A stretch of DNA of 63,316 bases, filler included, from Octopus bimaculoides (lineage: Eukaryota), in the NCBI RefSeq assembly GCF_001194135.2. It is 5 parts of 5 records of this genome, joined end to end, with 100 filler letters (N's around TTAATTAATTAA, not from the genome) between each part and the next. Parts side by side here need not be neighbours in the genome. Positions count along the whole stretch, not along the records: positions 20,809 to 41,898 come from NC_069004.1; 4 more parts are not named here. One strand, written 5' to 3'. Every line of letters begins with the position of its first letter. Within the stretch, counting starts at the first letter, position 1. Made by a program: the position numbers and the translations under genes. Shown piece by piece: positions 23,801-36,044 of this stretch. Under the pieces are notes generated by a model, which worked only from the letters and a program-made list of their open reading frames with translations, searched no databases and was not told the DNA's origin.

Positions 23801-26798
23801 ACAAGAGGTACAGTGCAATTGTTAGAAGATTAACAGAGGAAGTAATGCTCGTATGTGGAGGATGTATGGAAGCTGTAATGGCCACAGATACGAAGAAAAC
23901 TAATTTCTTTAAATGTCCCAGTGGGTCTCTGGAAGTTGTTGTTTCTTGTGTTATATTAGTGTTCGTTCTTCTGTGTGGAAGGAGATTTTAGCTATTTTAT
24001 TGAGTGTTGTGTTACGATGAAGGAATGATTATCTCCCTTGTATTAACTGTCCATCAGGGGACTCCACACACACACACACACACTATTAGGTATTCATTGT
24101 ATAAGATCTGTGTTGAGTGTGATTCCTGTTCTATTTGAGCTGTATTAGTGAATCAGTAACATCTTGCATAGGATGTAGGCTGTTCCTGGCAGTGCAGAGT
24201 GTTGTGAGTACTGCTATGGATTCTATATTTTAATTTTCTTTTTTTAAGCCAAAACAAGGCCAAAAAAATCATCTCCGGTTAATCGTTGAGAGGATGTTGC
24301 ACTCTCTGAGTGCTCTTATTATTATTATTATTATTATTATTATTTCTAAATATATAAGCAAATAATAATGATCGAGAAATGATAATCCATTTGACTTCTC
24401 TATTCCTTTTTGGTCGCAGGAGTTGCTCATGGTCAGGACTTGCAGTACGTGTTCGGCTTCCCTTACTTCTCGCGGTGCTACAGTAAGATCACTGGAATCT
24501 ACCCACGCCAAGACTACTCAGTGGATGACATTGAAATGAGTAATTACATGATGACAGTGTGGACTAACTTCACTCTACATGGGTTAGTAATTAATTTATT
24601 GCATCATAATCAGGTGATGTCTTACCTGTTATAACATCTGACTGATACAAATATACTGAGCGATGATACTACGATGCCAACTGATCGATCCCAGGTGACT
24701 GATGCCATCACAGCATCACCATCACCATCATCATCCTTATGATTGTCATATTCATCGTTGTCTTTATTATTATCATCCTATTCATAATCATCATGATCAT
24801 CATTCTTATATTTACCATCATCATCCATATCATCATCATTGACATCATCATCATAATCATCATCATCCTCACCACCACAACCAACTCCACCACCACCACC
24901 ATCATCATCATTTGATATCAACTTTCCCATTCTTGCACGGATCAGATAGAATTTGCCCAGGCTGGTTTTCTAGGGCCGGATGCCCCCTGTTGCCAGTTGT
25001 TGCCTGTTTCCAAGTAAGGTAATATTTCCCCTACGGCCAGCACGTTTTTCATAGAAAACCAGAAACAAACAACATTGTTTCTCCAACAGTGATGCTCCTT
25101 TACAACTATGATCTGATGTCAAGACATGATCGCACTCACACACACACACACACACTCCCATCATTATTGTTTAACCCCTTTAGCATTTAAACCAGCCATA
25201 TCCTGCCAAAATATTCTTCCTGTTTTATGTTCCAACTGACCAGGTCCAGTTTCTCACACCTTCCCTACAAAGTTAGTCTAAAAATAAAGCATATAGTCAC
25301 ACAATCGAAATCTCAAAGCTACAAGATAATGCTGGATTAATTCAAAACAATGCTAAAGGGTTAATGTCAGTTTTCCATCCTAGCATGAGTTGGACAGTTT
25401 GAGAGGTGCTGACAAGCCAGAGAATTACATCAAGCTTCAATGTCTGTTTTGGCATTGTTTCTATGGCTGGATGTCCTTCCTAATGTCACCCACTTCATAG
25501 ACTGTACTGAATGCTTTTTATGTGATACCAGTGAGGGCATTATGTAACTCGCAAGACTAAACCCCTCAACTGAAGATGATTTTGTGCTTTTAGTTTCCGT
25601 TTTCCAAAATCCTCCCCATATTTTTTATGTCACTATATCAAGTAACTCATGTCGTTATTACATTTTAAAACTTATTAAGTTCTGTAAATCTAATTCTTTC
25701 TTTCCAAGTTTTATTTTAATTTGTATTCATGATTTTTTTTTTTTTTTTTTACACTTCCAGGGCCCCAACTCCATCCAGAGATGATCTAAAATATTTCCGG
25801 GATGTTTACTGGCCCCCATTCCAGTGGAACAATCAGAGTTATATGATCATTGACAACCATACAAGAGTAAGTTTTCGGTATCGACAGCAAGAATACATGT
25901 TTTGGACGGATTATTTCCCTAAAGTCTCCTTAAGTAAGTGCTGTTGCAGTCTTCTTATTCCCCCTCCTCCTCCTACTTCTTTTTCCCCTCCTCCTCCTTT
26001 GTCATGTTCTTCCTCTTCTCCTTTTCCTCCTTTGTCCTGTTCTTCCTCTTCTCCTCCATCTTGTTCTCCTTGTTCTTTTTCCTCCTCCTTCTCCTCTGTC
26101 TTCTTGAAAAAGAATCTCATTTCCTTTTGTGTTAAATAATGGTTGTGTGATTAAGAAGATCTCTTTGCAACCTCATCGTTTGAGGTTCAGTCCTCCTGTG
26201 CAAGTGTCTTCTACTGTAGCCTTGGGCCAGCCAATGTCTTGTGAGTGGATTTGGTAGACGGAAATTAAACAAAGCCCAGTATATATATCTTACATATTAA
26301 AACTGAAAACGTCTGTGTGTGTGTATCGGTATGTCCTCGTTTTGTGCCAAAATATATATATATATANNNNNNNNNNNNNNNNNNNNNNNNNNNNNNNNNN
26401 NNNNNNNNNNNNNNNNNNNNNNNNNNNNNNNNNNNNNNNNNNNNNNNNNNNNNNNNNNNNNNNNNNNNNNNNNNNNNNNNNNNNNNNNNNNNNNNNNNNN
26501 NNNNNNNNNNNNNNNNNNNNNNNNNNNTATTTGAACGAAGGCATTTACCATCTTGTGGATATATTACTCTCAACACATATATTTATGAATCTCATTTGTT
26601 TCTCTCTCTCTTTTATATTTGCTGAACTTGAATGAAGAATTTTGCCAAGGATCTCCTGTTGTCAAGATAGAATCTGAAAAGATGACCACTTTCATGAAGA
26701 CCACCTGGGCACTAGTTGTGATCAATGCCATTCTTCTCATCATTCTCTTGGCTTTTTCGATCACCATTTGCCGGCTACATCGGCAGAAGGGTTTCTGA
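20809..26798 (+). CDS. Carboxylesterase type-B / cholinesterase-fold (neuroligin-like) protein with C-terminal TM helix; 5'-partial. Exons <20809-20940, 21770-21948, 22906-23032, 24420-24582, 25761-25933, 26638-26798
   Basis: Phase-consistent GT-AG exons. Motifs: DG..LPRPP..F..I.VLAGIVEDEG (catalytic Glu region), LMSDYMF..V..H..TYFYVF, WRGVAHGQDLQYVFG.P (catalytic His), MMTVWTNF..G.PTP, WPPF..YMII, FWTDYFP; then TM WALVVINAILLIILLAFSITI and tail CRLHRQKGF*. Seven N-glycosylation sequons. Ser motif not visible. Confidence 0.9.
21215..21560 (+). mobile_element. RTE-derived 3'-UTR element (family D)
   Basis: Sub-repeats gccagtaccgcctgactggctcctgtgc and tail catgctagcatggaaag(t/c)ggacgttaaa(c/t)gatga. 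Confidence 0.8.
23750..23945 (+). mobile_element. RTE-clade LINE fragment (C-terminal Cys/His finger)
   Basis: KNSIRCTHCNLWTHKRYS..LT..CGGC..LEVV. Confidence 0.75.
25175..25360. mobile_element. piggyBac-type MITE
   Basis: TTAA on both sides; TIR ccctttagcatt / aatgctaaaggg. Confidence 0.85.
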
Positions 26799-27928
26799 AA
26801 CCACTAGATGTATTTTGGCAGCAAAATGTCCTCAAATCATACCCTGCTAGCTATAAGGCCAAAAAATAAAAAAAATAAAAAAACAGAGAGAGAGAAAAAA
26901 GGGGGAAATTGAACAATATCTTAGATAAACAAGAAAAACATGGGCTGGTCACATCTTGATTGTCTGTGGATAATGTTGATAATAACAACAGTTATCCATG
27001 TATTTATTTTGTTGACCAATCTTGTGTACCATATACACTTGCTTTCCTTGAGAAAGTTTTCTACAGTGACAGGTTTATCTGACTGCCCAGTTGTCTGGTT
27101 GGTCACTTGCGAAACAGTGTAACATCTTGTGAATATAATTCTTTCTTTTCAATCCAAATACAAAAAAAAAATTAAAAAAATTCAAAACTCGAAATCAGTA
27201 TAATAATAATAACAGCAATAATAATAATAATAATAATAATCACAGCAACCAAGTATCAAAGCTTATAATATATGGAAAGAGATGCTGTGAGACCTGACAA
27301 CAGGCCGTTGTCTGCTCTCACAGAATCAACCAGAGCAAACGACCAAGTGCTTTGAGAAGTATAACAATAATGATAATAACTAGTAGGACCCATGGAAATT
27401 CCACAGAGCGAAAAAGATTAAGAGAAGCTACTCAAGAAAGAAAGGATGATTTTTATTTTATAATGTATTTCGCTTCCAGTTAGAATAATAGATTATATGA
27501 TTTTAAAATTTCCCTCTGCTAAGCACTTTACATTTCTCTCTTTCTATTCACCTCTCACTTCCACCAGTCATACGAGTGACAGCATAATGCATTGACTGGC
27601 TATCTGGTCTCTCACTTCTCCTCCTCCTCTCTTACAAACTAAAGCGTAAAGTATGAACGAGCAGGTAGAAGAAGAATATTATAGATTCAGTTCAATAGAA
27701 AAATATTCTTTTCACTATCAACACACCACCATCTTTATCACTATAGTTTTCAATGTATCTCTATTCTGACAATACAAATGCTATCTGCCCCTCTCTCTCT
27801 CCCCCCAATATAACTGCCTCCCTTGTCCATCTTTCTCTATCTGCCATTCGTTAACTTCACCACCCAGAGCATCACCCTCTACTAAAGATTGTATCCTAAA
27901 CATATCTCTTTACCTTTCCTTCACCACT

Positions 27929-27961
<33 letters not shown>

Positions 27962-28903
27962 GTACTGATGATGATACTATCAATAATAACTTGCGTCCTT
28001 GACATTGTGTTGGCATATACACCATTGCAAGGACTGCAATTCTCTAATTTTACTCTGCTCTTTTCGCCTATTGTCTCCGCCATGGGAACCTTAATGCAGC
28101 TAAATCTCTGTTGGATCATATTCCTATCTTGGGGGAATGTATATTAGAAAACCCAGGCTTCCAGATGAGGCAGGAATGGCCTAGAGGTCTTTTGGTGAGA
28201 AGTTTTTTTGATCGAGACTGACCTGGGGCCAAGCAATAACAATGACAACAACTTTATTGGTATACATATAAGCCAACAAGAGGAACCTCTTTGCTGACAC
28301 ACGAACTGCTAGAAATAGCAACCAGATCTCAAACGTTGGATAATGTTGTCCAGAAAATACTGCATCTTAAAAAAAAGATAATAGAACAAAAATCTTTTAT
28401 TTATAAATCTGGTCTGTCCTGGTCTAGTCTTGAACAATCAGCAGTTTCATTGTTTAGCAACAACAACAATAATAACAATAATAGACCAACAGCAGCAGAC
28501 TTTGCAGGGGACTTTGCAGGGGACAAACTCAACCTGCTCCCTGACTTTTACACTGTCCCTTTTGTCATTAGAATACACAGAATTGTCCTCAGTCGAGTAG
28601 GAACATGGTGAGTTTGGCTGCCTGGATTTCTGTTTGTTCTTATGGGTCTTGGTCTGCTTAATCCAGACTGACCAATGGCAATTACTATTCAGCTTCTTTT
28701 TTTTTTATATATATATTTTATGTATAGTTTTTTTTTTATTTGAATACTAGCTTTATTTGAAATGACGACACTTTGAGTGCAACCAAAGGTGAGTGTGAGT
28801 AAAAACGGATTACTTGAGTGTAATATGAGACAATGATTGCTGACTATGAGTGAAAATAGAGTTTAGATATTGATTACATGAGTGTAACTTGAACTGAAGT
28901 ACT

Positions 28904-29260
28904 GATCACTTTAACCCTTTTGTTACCATATTTATGTTGAAATACACTATTTTTGTTACAATTAAATTTGAAAATATTGAAGTGTTTTGTAAAATAATCT
29001 TGTTGGTATTTGGAACACTAACATGAAATTTTGATGGAAGATCACTTTAACCCTTTTGTTACCATATTTCTTTTGAAGTACGCACTGCCTTTGTTTCAGT
29101 TAATTTTGAAAATAATGAATTTAGTAAAATTATTTTGTTGCTATTAAGCTTGGTCTTTTGGAACAAATTATTATGAAACTTCCATAGAAGAATGTTTACA
29201 CTTAGATCACTTTAACCCTTTTGTTACCATACTCCTGTTGAAATGCATTGCCTTAGCTGT
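28904..29260. repeat. Three tandem units (136 and 165 bp spacing) starting gatcacttTTAACCCttttgttaccata
   Basis: Units start at 28904, 29040 and 29205; TTAA-CCC start resembles piggyBac termini. Confidence 0.75.
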
Positions 29261-30464
29261 AACTTGATACAGTGCAAGTGAGTGTTTTTTGAACTGCTGA
29301 TTGCTTTCGTTTTGTAATAGACAGCTATCATGCAGAAGATGCCAGCTTCCAAATCCTGTTTTCTGATTAAGTAAAATTGATTAAACTTTAAACTTTAGTA
29401 ACATTTTTCTGCAATTTTTCTGGAAAAAATAAACAACAAAATCGGAGTTAATGCAGAAAATTATTTCAATGTATCAAATTTGAATATTTTGACATGATTT
29501 TAAAATTTCACAATATGTGACAGCAACAGGGAAGACCCTACAAAAGTAGAGAGAGACAAGCAATTATAGGACGTCTCTGTCTCACACACACACACACATG
29601 ATTTACAAACGTACACAGCATTGCATGTATATCCCTGAATGACAGCTGCATTAACGTTATCGTTGTACTGTCACTCCATATTTGTCGCTTACATAACTTT
29701 GTTCTCCCCTTCCCTGATATCAGTGACCCTCACTATGCCACCATGTTTCTCTCACACTAACACTCTTGCACTCTTCTCATTTTATCAAATAGTAGCCCAA
29801 CCCCACTAGGGGGCCCATAATAGATTTTTATTGAAATTCAGTTAGCCTATAATTGAACTGGATGTTAGCTTAACATGTATGCAAAGTTTCATTAAGATTG
29901 GTTTACTGGTGTAGGCAGCAAGATGGTAACAGACAGAAATTGCCATTTATGTATAAAATATGTATATATATATATATATATATATGTAATATATGTGTGC
30001 CCAAATCTAGTATCAAGCAAAATACCTTCTGGTGTTAGATTATATCCCCATTCACAGGTTGGCTCTGCCTTTCAAGATTCCAAAGTTAATAAAGTTTGTA
30101 CCTGTTTACAATTACTTACTACTTTATTGAATATGTTGTCCCAGCATGACCACACTGATTGAAACTAGTAAGGTTTAAAAGAGTAAAGTCTTGTGAATAT
30201 AACAGCGACATTCTTATCATTAACCCTCTTCTGCTAATTAATAATCTTTCACAAATCATTGGTACATATACTTTCAACGAATCTCTTATTGTATATCCAT
30301 TGTAATTACTTTTGTAATTATTTTTGTAAAATATTAAAAATATAAACGGAGAACAATAGTTGTTGTTTTAACATTATTGCCACTTTAGACTTGGGTGGCC
30401 ACAAGAGTGGCTCCTTCATTCAAGCATCACGTCTATGTTAGAAACAATTATTATTATTATTAAA

Positions 30465-31011
30465 GCAGCGTCATCCTGGAAGATCTGAAGAGCTTGACGA
30501 GGACGTCCTGCAAAACCTGGTGGAACAAAATCCCATTGTAACTGTTGAGGAACTAGCAAGGAAACTTGGATTTGGTCATTCAACAACACCAGTGCTAGAA
30601 GAAAAACCACCATCTTTGGTTTCAAGACGAATGGTGTTCCTCCATCAGAATAATTCTTGGCCACATTACAGCAAGGATGACATTCTAAAGGCTGGAGCAG
30701 TTAGAATGGGAAACGATGCCCCACCCATCATATTTGTTGGACATTGATTATCATTTATTCCGCAGTTTTCAAAATTATTTGAATGGGAAAGATGTGAATT
30801 CTGTTAGCAAGGTCAGAACAGTACTGGAGGAGTATTTTTCATCACGGACAAGTGAATTTTGGAAGAGGGGCCTTGCAAGTCTACCAGATAGCTGGAAGAG
30901 CATTGTAGAAAATGAAGGAGAGTATATTTTAGATTAAAAACGAACTTTGTTTATCTTAATTTTAAAAAATAAAAGTATTAAAAACCACACTATTTATGGG
31001 ATGACCCAATA
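30465..31011 (+). mobile_element. Internally deleted mariner (DD34D) element
   Basis: LDEDVLQNLVEQNPIVTVEELARKLG (HTH), FLHQNNSWPH, MPHPSYLLDIDYHLFRSFQNYLNGK..FWKRGLASLPDSWKSIVENEGEYILD*; TIR-like ttatgggatgacccaaTA. Confidence 0.9.
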
Positions 31012-31027
31012 AATGGGACTCTGAACT

Positions 31028-31415
31028 GACAACTGTGCTTACTGGCCATCAGGAGATCCTTATTTGCATGTGGACAAAGCAGTCATTTTACCAGGGGTCA
31101 ACGTCTTGTATGGAGTGTCCTCAAGAGGTTTGTTACAATCATTTTCCTTTGAAGGTCCTGTTACTGGTCAAGCATACCTGGACATGCTATGCTTGTCCAT
31201 TTAACCTGCCATACATGCACTTTGTGGTTAAGTTGAATTTTTCTTGTGAAAGATGGCACACTGCCTCCACTGTTGGCCAAAACATGTGAGCTTGACCGGA
31301 TGGAAATTTGCTAAAACACTAGACAGGGTGAGGAGGTACAGTTGAGTTCCTTGCATGTTCTCCTGATTTAACTCCCGCAGACTTTTACTTATGGGACACC
31401 CTGAAGGATGCTGTA
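31028..31415 (+). mobile_element. Tc1/mariner DD41D (rosa-like) transposase fragment
   Basis: NCAYWPSGDP..GVNV..FEGPVTGQAYLDML..CSPDLTPADFYLWDTLKDAV with frameshifts. Confidence 0.7.
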
Positions 31416-31424
31416 TCATCATCA

Positions 31425-31915
31425 TCATCATCATCATCGTTTAACGTCCGCTTTCCATGCTAGCATGGGTTGGACGATTTGACTGAGGACTGGTGAAACC
31501 GGATGGCAACACCAGGCTCCAATCTAATTTGGCAGAGTTTCTACAGCTGGATGCCCTTCCTAACGCCAACCACTCAGAGAGTGTAGTGGGTGCTTTTACG
31601 TGTCACCCGCACGAAAACGGCCACGCTCGAAATGGTGTCTTTTACGTGCCACCCACACAAGCCAGTCCAGGGGCACTGGCAACGATCTCACTCGAAAATC
31701 CTACGGGAGCCAGTCAGGCGGTACTGGCAACGGCCACGCTCAAAATGGTGCATCTCATGTGCCACCCGCACAAGAGCCAGTCCAGGGGCACTGGCAACGA
31801 TCTTACTTGGCTTGCCGGGTCTCCTCACGCACAGCACATTTCCAAAGGTCTCGGTCAGTAGTCATCGCCTCGGTGAGGCCCAATGTACGAAGGTCTTGCC
31901 TCACCACCTCTGGAG
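31425..31915 (-). mobile_element. RTE LINE 3' end with ORF2 terminus, sub-repeated 3' UTR and (GAT)n tail
   Basis: EVVRQDLRTLGLTEAMTTDRDLWKCAVREETRQAK*, three about 60-bp subrepeats, (CAT)n on +. Confidence 0.85.
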
Positions 31916-34698
31916 AAAAATGGCTACATTGATGGCCTGTGCAGTAATTCCACTGGACACATTGACCAACATTGCCCAAGCAACAGTTCACCATACTAAT
32001 AAATGCCTGGACTCTAATAGGTACCACTCTGAGCACCTTTTATAATTATAGAGGTTAAAGGTAACAGTTGTTCAAGATGCTGTGTAATGGGATTGAACTC
32101 AAAACTACATGGTTGCTAAGCAAGTATCTTAACCACACAATCAGACCTGGACCTCATGACAAAAAAAAAAAAATCAAAAACAAAACCAAAGCAATTATAA
32201 AATATCAAATATCTATTTATATATGAATAAACTGTGGTTTAAGGGAAATTTGGTTGGTATTTCCAGCAGATTAAGTAACCATGTAGAGGCTCTTTCATTG
32301 ATTTCATTTGTATAACATATTGGTTTTGTTCGACTCTCTCTCTATTAAATATTAAACATTTAAAGTAATATTACAGTGTGTGATTTACTCAAGTAATGTG
32401 CATGGACTATAAAACAGAGTTATTTAGTTTCGAAGACAGACAAAACACGAAACATAATAGTTTTCTGTTAAATAGGGTTTCAAGACAAAACACAAAACCC
32501 CGGCTATTAAATATTGACGGTTGGAACCAGTATTACATTCTGTGATTTACTTGTGTATTCACTGCAAAATAATGAGGCTTCTAGTTATACGGTCAAGAAG
32601 AGAGAATGGACACGATGTTTTTTGTGTCCAATTCAGATTCGATACAAAACATGGATATTAAATATTAAAAATTTACCAGGGTAATAAGTATAAATGATAT
32701 ATATTAATATTTATTTAATCCATAAAAAAACATGTCTATTAAATGTTGATTACAAGGATAGGCTCCTGGCCAAAATTTTTTGTGGAAGTGGTAGAACAAT
32801 TTTATCAAACTTTGGTGTTTGTTTTATAAACTTTGGTAGAATGAAAGACAAGTTTATAAGAAATTTGCTGTAAATATTTTTGCTGTAGGAAAGTATGCTA
32901 TTTAAAAAAAATTTTCCAACAAAAAAAAGATTAGCTGTTTTCTTAAAATGGTAACTTCATCAGCTAACCTACTAATTAGAGAAAGGTAATTTCTTTAAAA
33001 TGTGCTATTTAGTTTACAGTCTGTTTGTGAGCCTCCTTTATGGTGAAATTTCCTATGGCAAATTTTCCCATAGCAAAAATGTTTATGGCAAGTTTTCTGA
33101 ACATGGAAAGACAATGTTGATCCTGGAAGTGTTGGAACTTAAAAATACTTAGCATTAAGGCTAGGGCAAACTGGGAAGTCACCCAGGGGCCTCACTGGTC
33201 TATAGCCCCAATTCTGATCTATGTTTATTGTTCATAAGAAATACTGAAGGGACCAGTGCATTGATTTCCCCAGGGTCCTATAAAGTTGTGAAGACAGTCT
33301 TCAATGGGGTTCGCTTGTAACCCCTGTTCCTGGGCCCTAGCTTAACACATTCGGTAGAAATTACAAAGGGATCCAAATCAAACTGTTTTAAATAACACAC
33401 ACACACACACACACACATATATAAAATACGCGTATACACTCGTTCACATACTAATAACACCACACTAACAGCAACAAAATAGAAAAAAATGCTCTGGGAA
33501 AGATGAAAGGAGAAAAAGAGAGAGAAGGTAATAGAGAGAGTGAGAACAAGAGAGGCAGAAGGATTGGGTCAAAGAGAAGCAAGGCTCAATGGGAGACAGA
33601 CAAGTCTATAGAGACTACAGCAGGTACAGGCATGTTTCTAGGAAGTGAAGAAACAAAAGGAGAAAAGAGAAAGAAAGAAAATAAGAAGAAAACCTGAAGA
33701 AGAGAGCAAGGAAGAATATTAGAGAGGAGGAGAGAATAGAAGATGAGAGATGGAAAGAGAATTAGAGGTGGCGGTGGTGTAGAAGAAGGGTAAGTATGGA
33801 TTAGGTTGTTTCTCCTTGTAACACTCTCTCTCTCCTTTTGGCATTTCAACCCCTTCATCCACCACCAGCGCCCTTTGTATACACCATGAACCAAAGAAGG
33901 AGATCGTTATTTCAAGAGGTTTTTGACCTGCTAGAAATAGCTGCTAAATTCTTTTAAATTTTAACCAATCGTTTGAAAGCAAGGAGGATGTGAGATAATT
34001 TGCCCTAAAACGACAGGATGGTCACATTCGGAATGCCTCTGATCCCTAGATCAACTCGATTAGAGGTTGTTGGGGTGGAGGTGACTTAGAGCTAACGGAG
34101 AGTAACAGCGGTTACTCAATCTGCTTGAAATAGCAGCAAAATCCTTGAGATAGTGCCTACAGTTGTCTTAAAACAAGAATGACATGTCAGTTAATGTCTT
34201 ATAAAAGACTAGATTGTCACCTTTGAGATGTTTTTGATCCATGGATCTGCTCGATTTGTGGTGGTGGAACGGATGAGTTCGAGCTAAACAACCAATAACA
34301 ACGACAAGGGCAATGGAGGAGGCAGCATATTTATTCAACGTGCTAGAAACAGCAGCCAAATCTCTTTCACATGACAGTTATATTGTTTGAAAATAAAAGG
34401 ACATACTACCCTTGATACAACTATGTCTGAAAGACCCCCAACAAAAAAAATAAATAATCCCCCCCCAAATCGATGGACTGGTCATGGCTGGAATGTTTTT
34501 CGACCATAGGGTCTACTTGATCAGAACTGACCTGTAATTAAACAACAACAACAATGCTTAGAACAATAACACAAACAACATTTACGTTCTCTTTTTGTTT
34601 GTCTTCCTCCCTTAATAGACACAAATGAACATAACTAAGAAACAATTAGTAATTATCAAACACGTGCTCATTACAAATTAATTAGTTGCTGCTGCTCC

Positions 34699-34739
<41 letters not shown>

Positions 34740-35350
34740 TGGTTGTTTAACCCAAGGTTAGTTCTGACTGAGCATATACATATATGATCAAAAGCATTGC
34801 AGTTATGATTAGCCAGTGTTTACTTTTTGTACACTGTGTATCTAGGACTACATTATGTGATGTTCGGTTTTGATTTTTTGCATTTTTTTTAAAGGTGGTA
34901 GGGTGTGATTTGAAGGAGATGTAACTGCTACTACTTGCAGGTCAAGGGAGTATCTACGGGATTCTTTTTCGTTAACTGAAGGAATGAATATAAAAATATA
35001 AGGGTTAGAGTTTACTGTATCAGATCATTATGCAGGGAAATTTCAAGGTAGAATATGTATTGTAGGGGTCAAGGAAGTGGTAGGAAGAAGTAGGTGGCTG
35101 GATGGAGAATATTTGGAGTGTTGGAGCAAGGTGGGGTGCAGTACATTGCTTCAGGACTCAACTCCAATCTCCGACCTGGTTAACTCCACATGGACTAGAA
35201 TGTAGAGTCTATACAAAAGGAACATGGAAAAACGTAGTTGGTATTAATGTTATATAACATGTACATGTGCTTCCTGAGATTAGCAGACATCAATTATGTG
35301 AGCTTATGTAATTGATGTCTACCAATCTCATGAAACATGTGTACATTATA

Positions 35351-36044
35351 CAGGGCGTCCCAGAAAGATTTACCCATTGATATTTCTTAATTATTGAAAA
35401 AATAAACTTAAGGTAAGACAATGAAATTTGACACACACGTAACTACATTTCGAAATGACCACCTTTCGCGTTGAGCATAGTCTGCAAACGAGTGGTCACT
35501 AAGTTTCATGAACAGTACCTCTTCATCCAACTTGACCCACGAAGACAGAAGGGCTTTCTTCAGATCTGACAAATTTTGAATAGGAACAAGTAGAAACATT
35601 ACTCTTCAAGATGGACCAGATAACAAAGTCGATGGGACTGATGTCTAGACTTGATAGAGGCCATATCATTTTGTCCCCCAAACCGCTGAAATCCTCTTTG
35701 CACCATCGCTGGGTCAAATTGGATGTGTGGTCCGGACCTCTGTCTTGAATGAAGATGTAACGGTCATCAAAGATTTCTGTGACCAAGAGTAACACTTTCT
35801 CATCCAACATTTCTTCATAAACTTCACTGTTGACTTTAACGCCAGCAACAATGAAAGGAGACGTGGACCCATCAGATGCAACTGCAGCCCACACCATGAG
35901 AGAAGCTGGCTTCTGACAGCGTAAATGACTCCTGCTATCTTCAGGCAAGTCTCTTGTATTACGTGCATAAAGCCTTATCTTTCTGCCTATTGGTGACTGC
36001 CTTCACCGTGAAGATCTCGTCGGACCAATCAGCACATTGCTAAC
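35351..36044 (-). mobile_element. maT (DD37D) Tc1/mariner transposon remnant
   Basis: WSDEIFTV, KPASLMVWAAVASDG, GVKVNSEVY, FIQDRGPDH..WPLSSLDISPIDFVIW; terminal TA-cagggcgtccc. Confidence 0.85.

Noticed and set aside
24690-24915. Poly-Met / poly-His ORFs
   Set aside because: Degenerate (CAT)n microsatellite in an esterase intron
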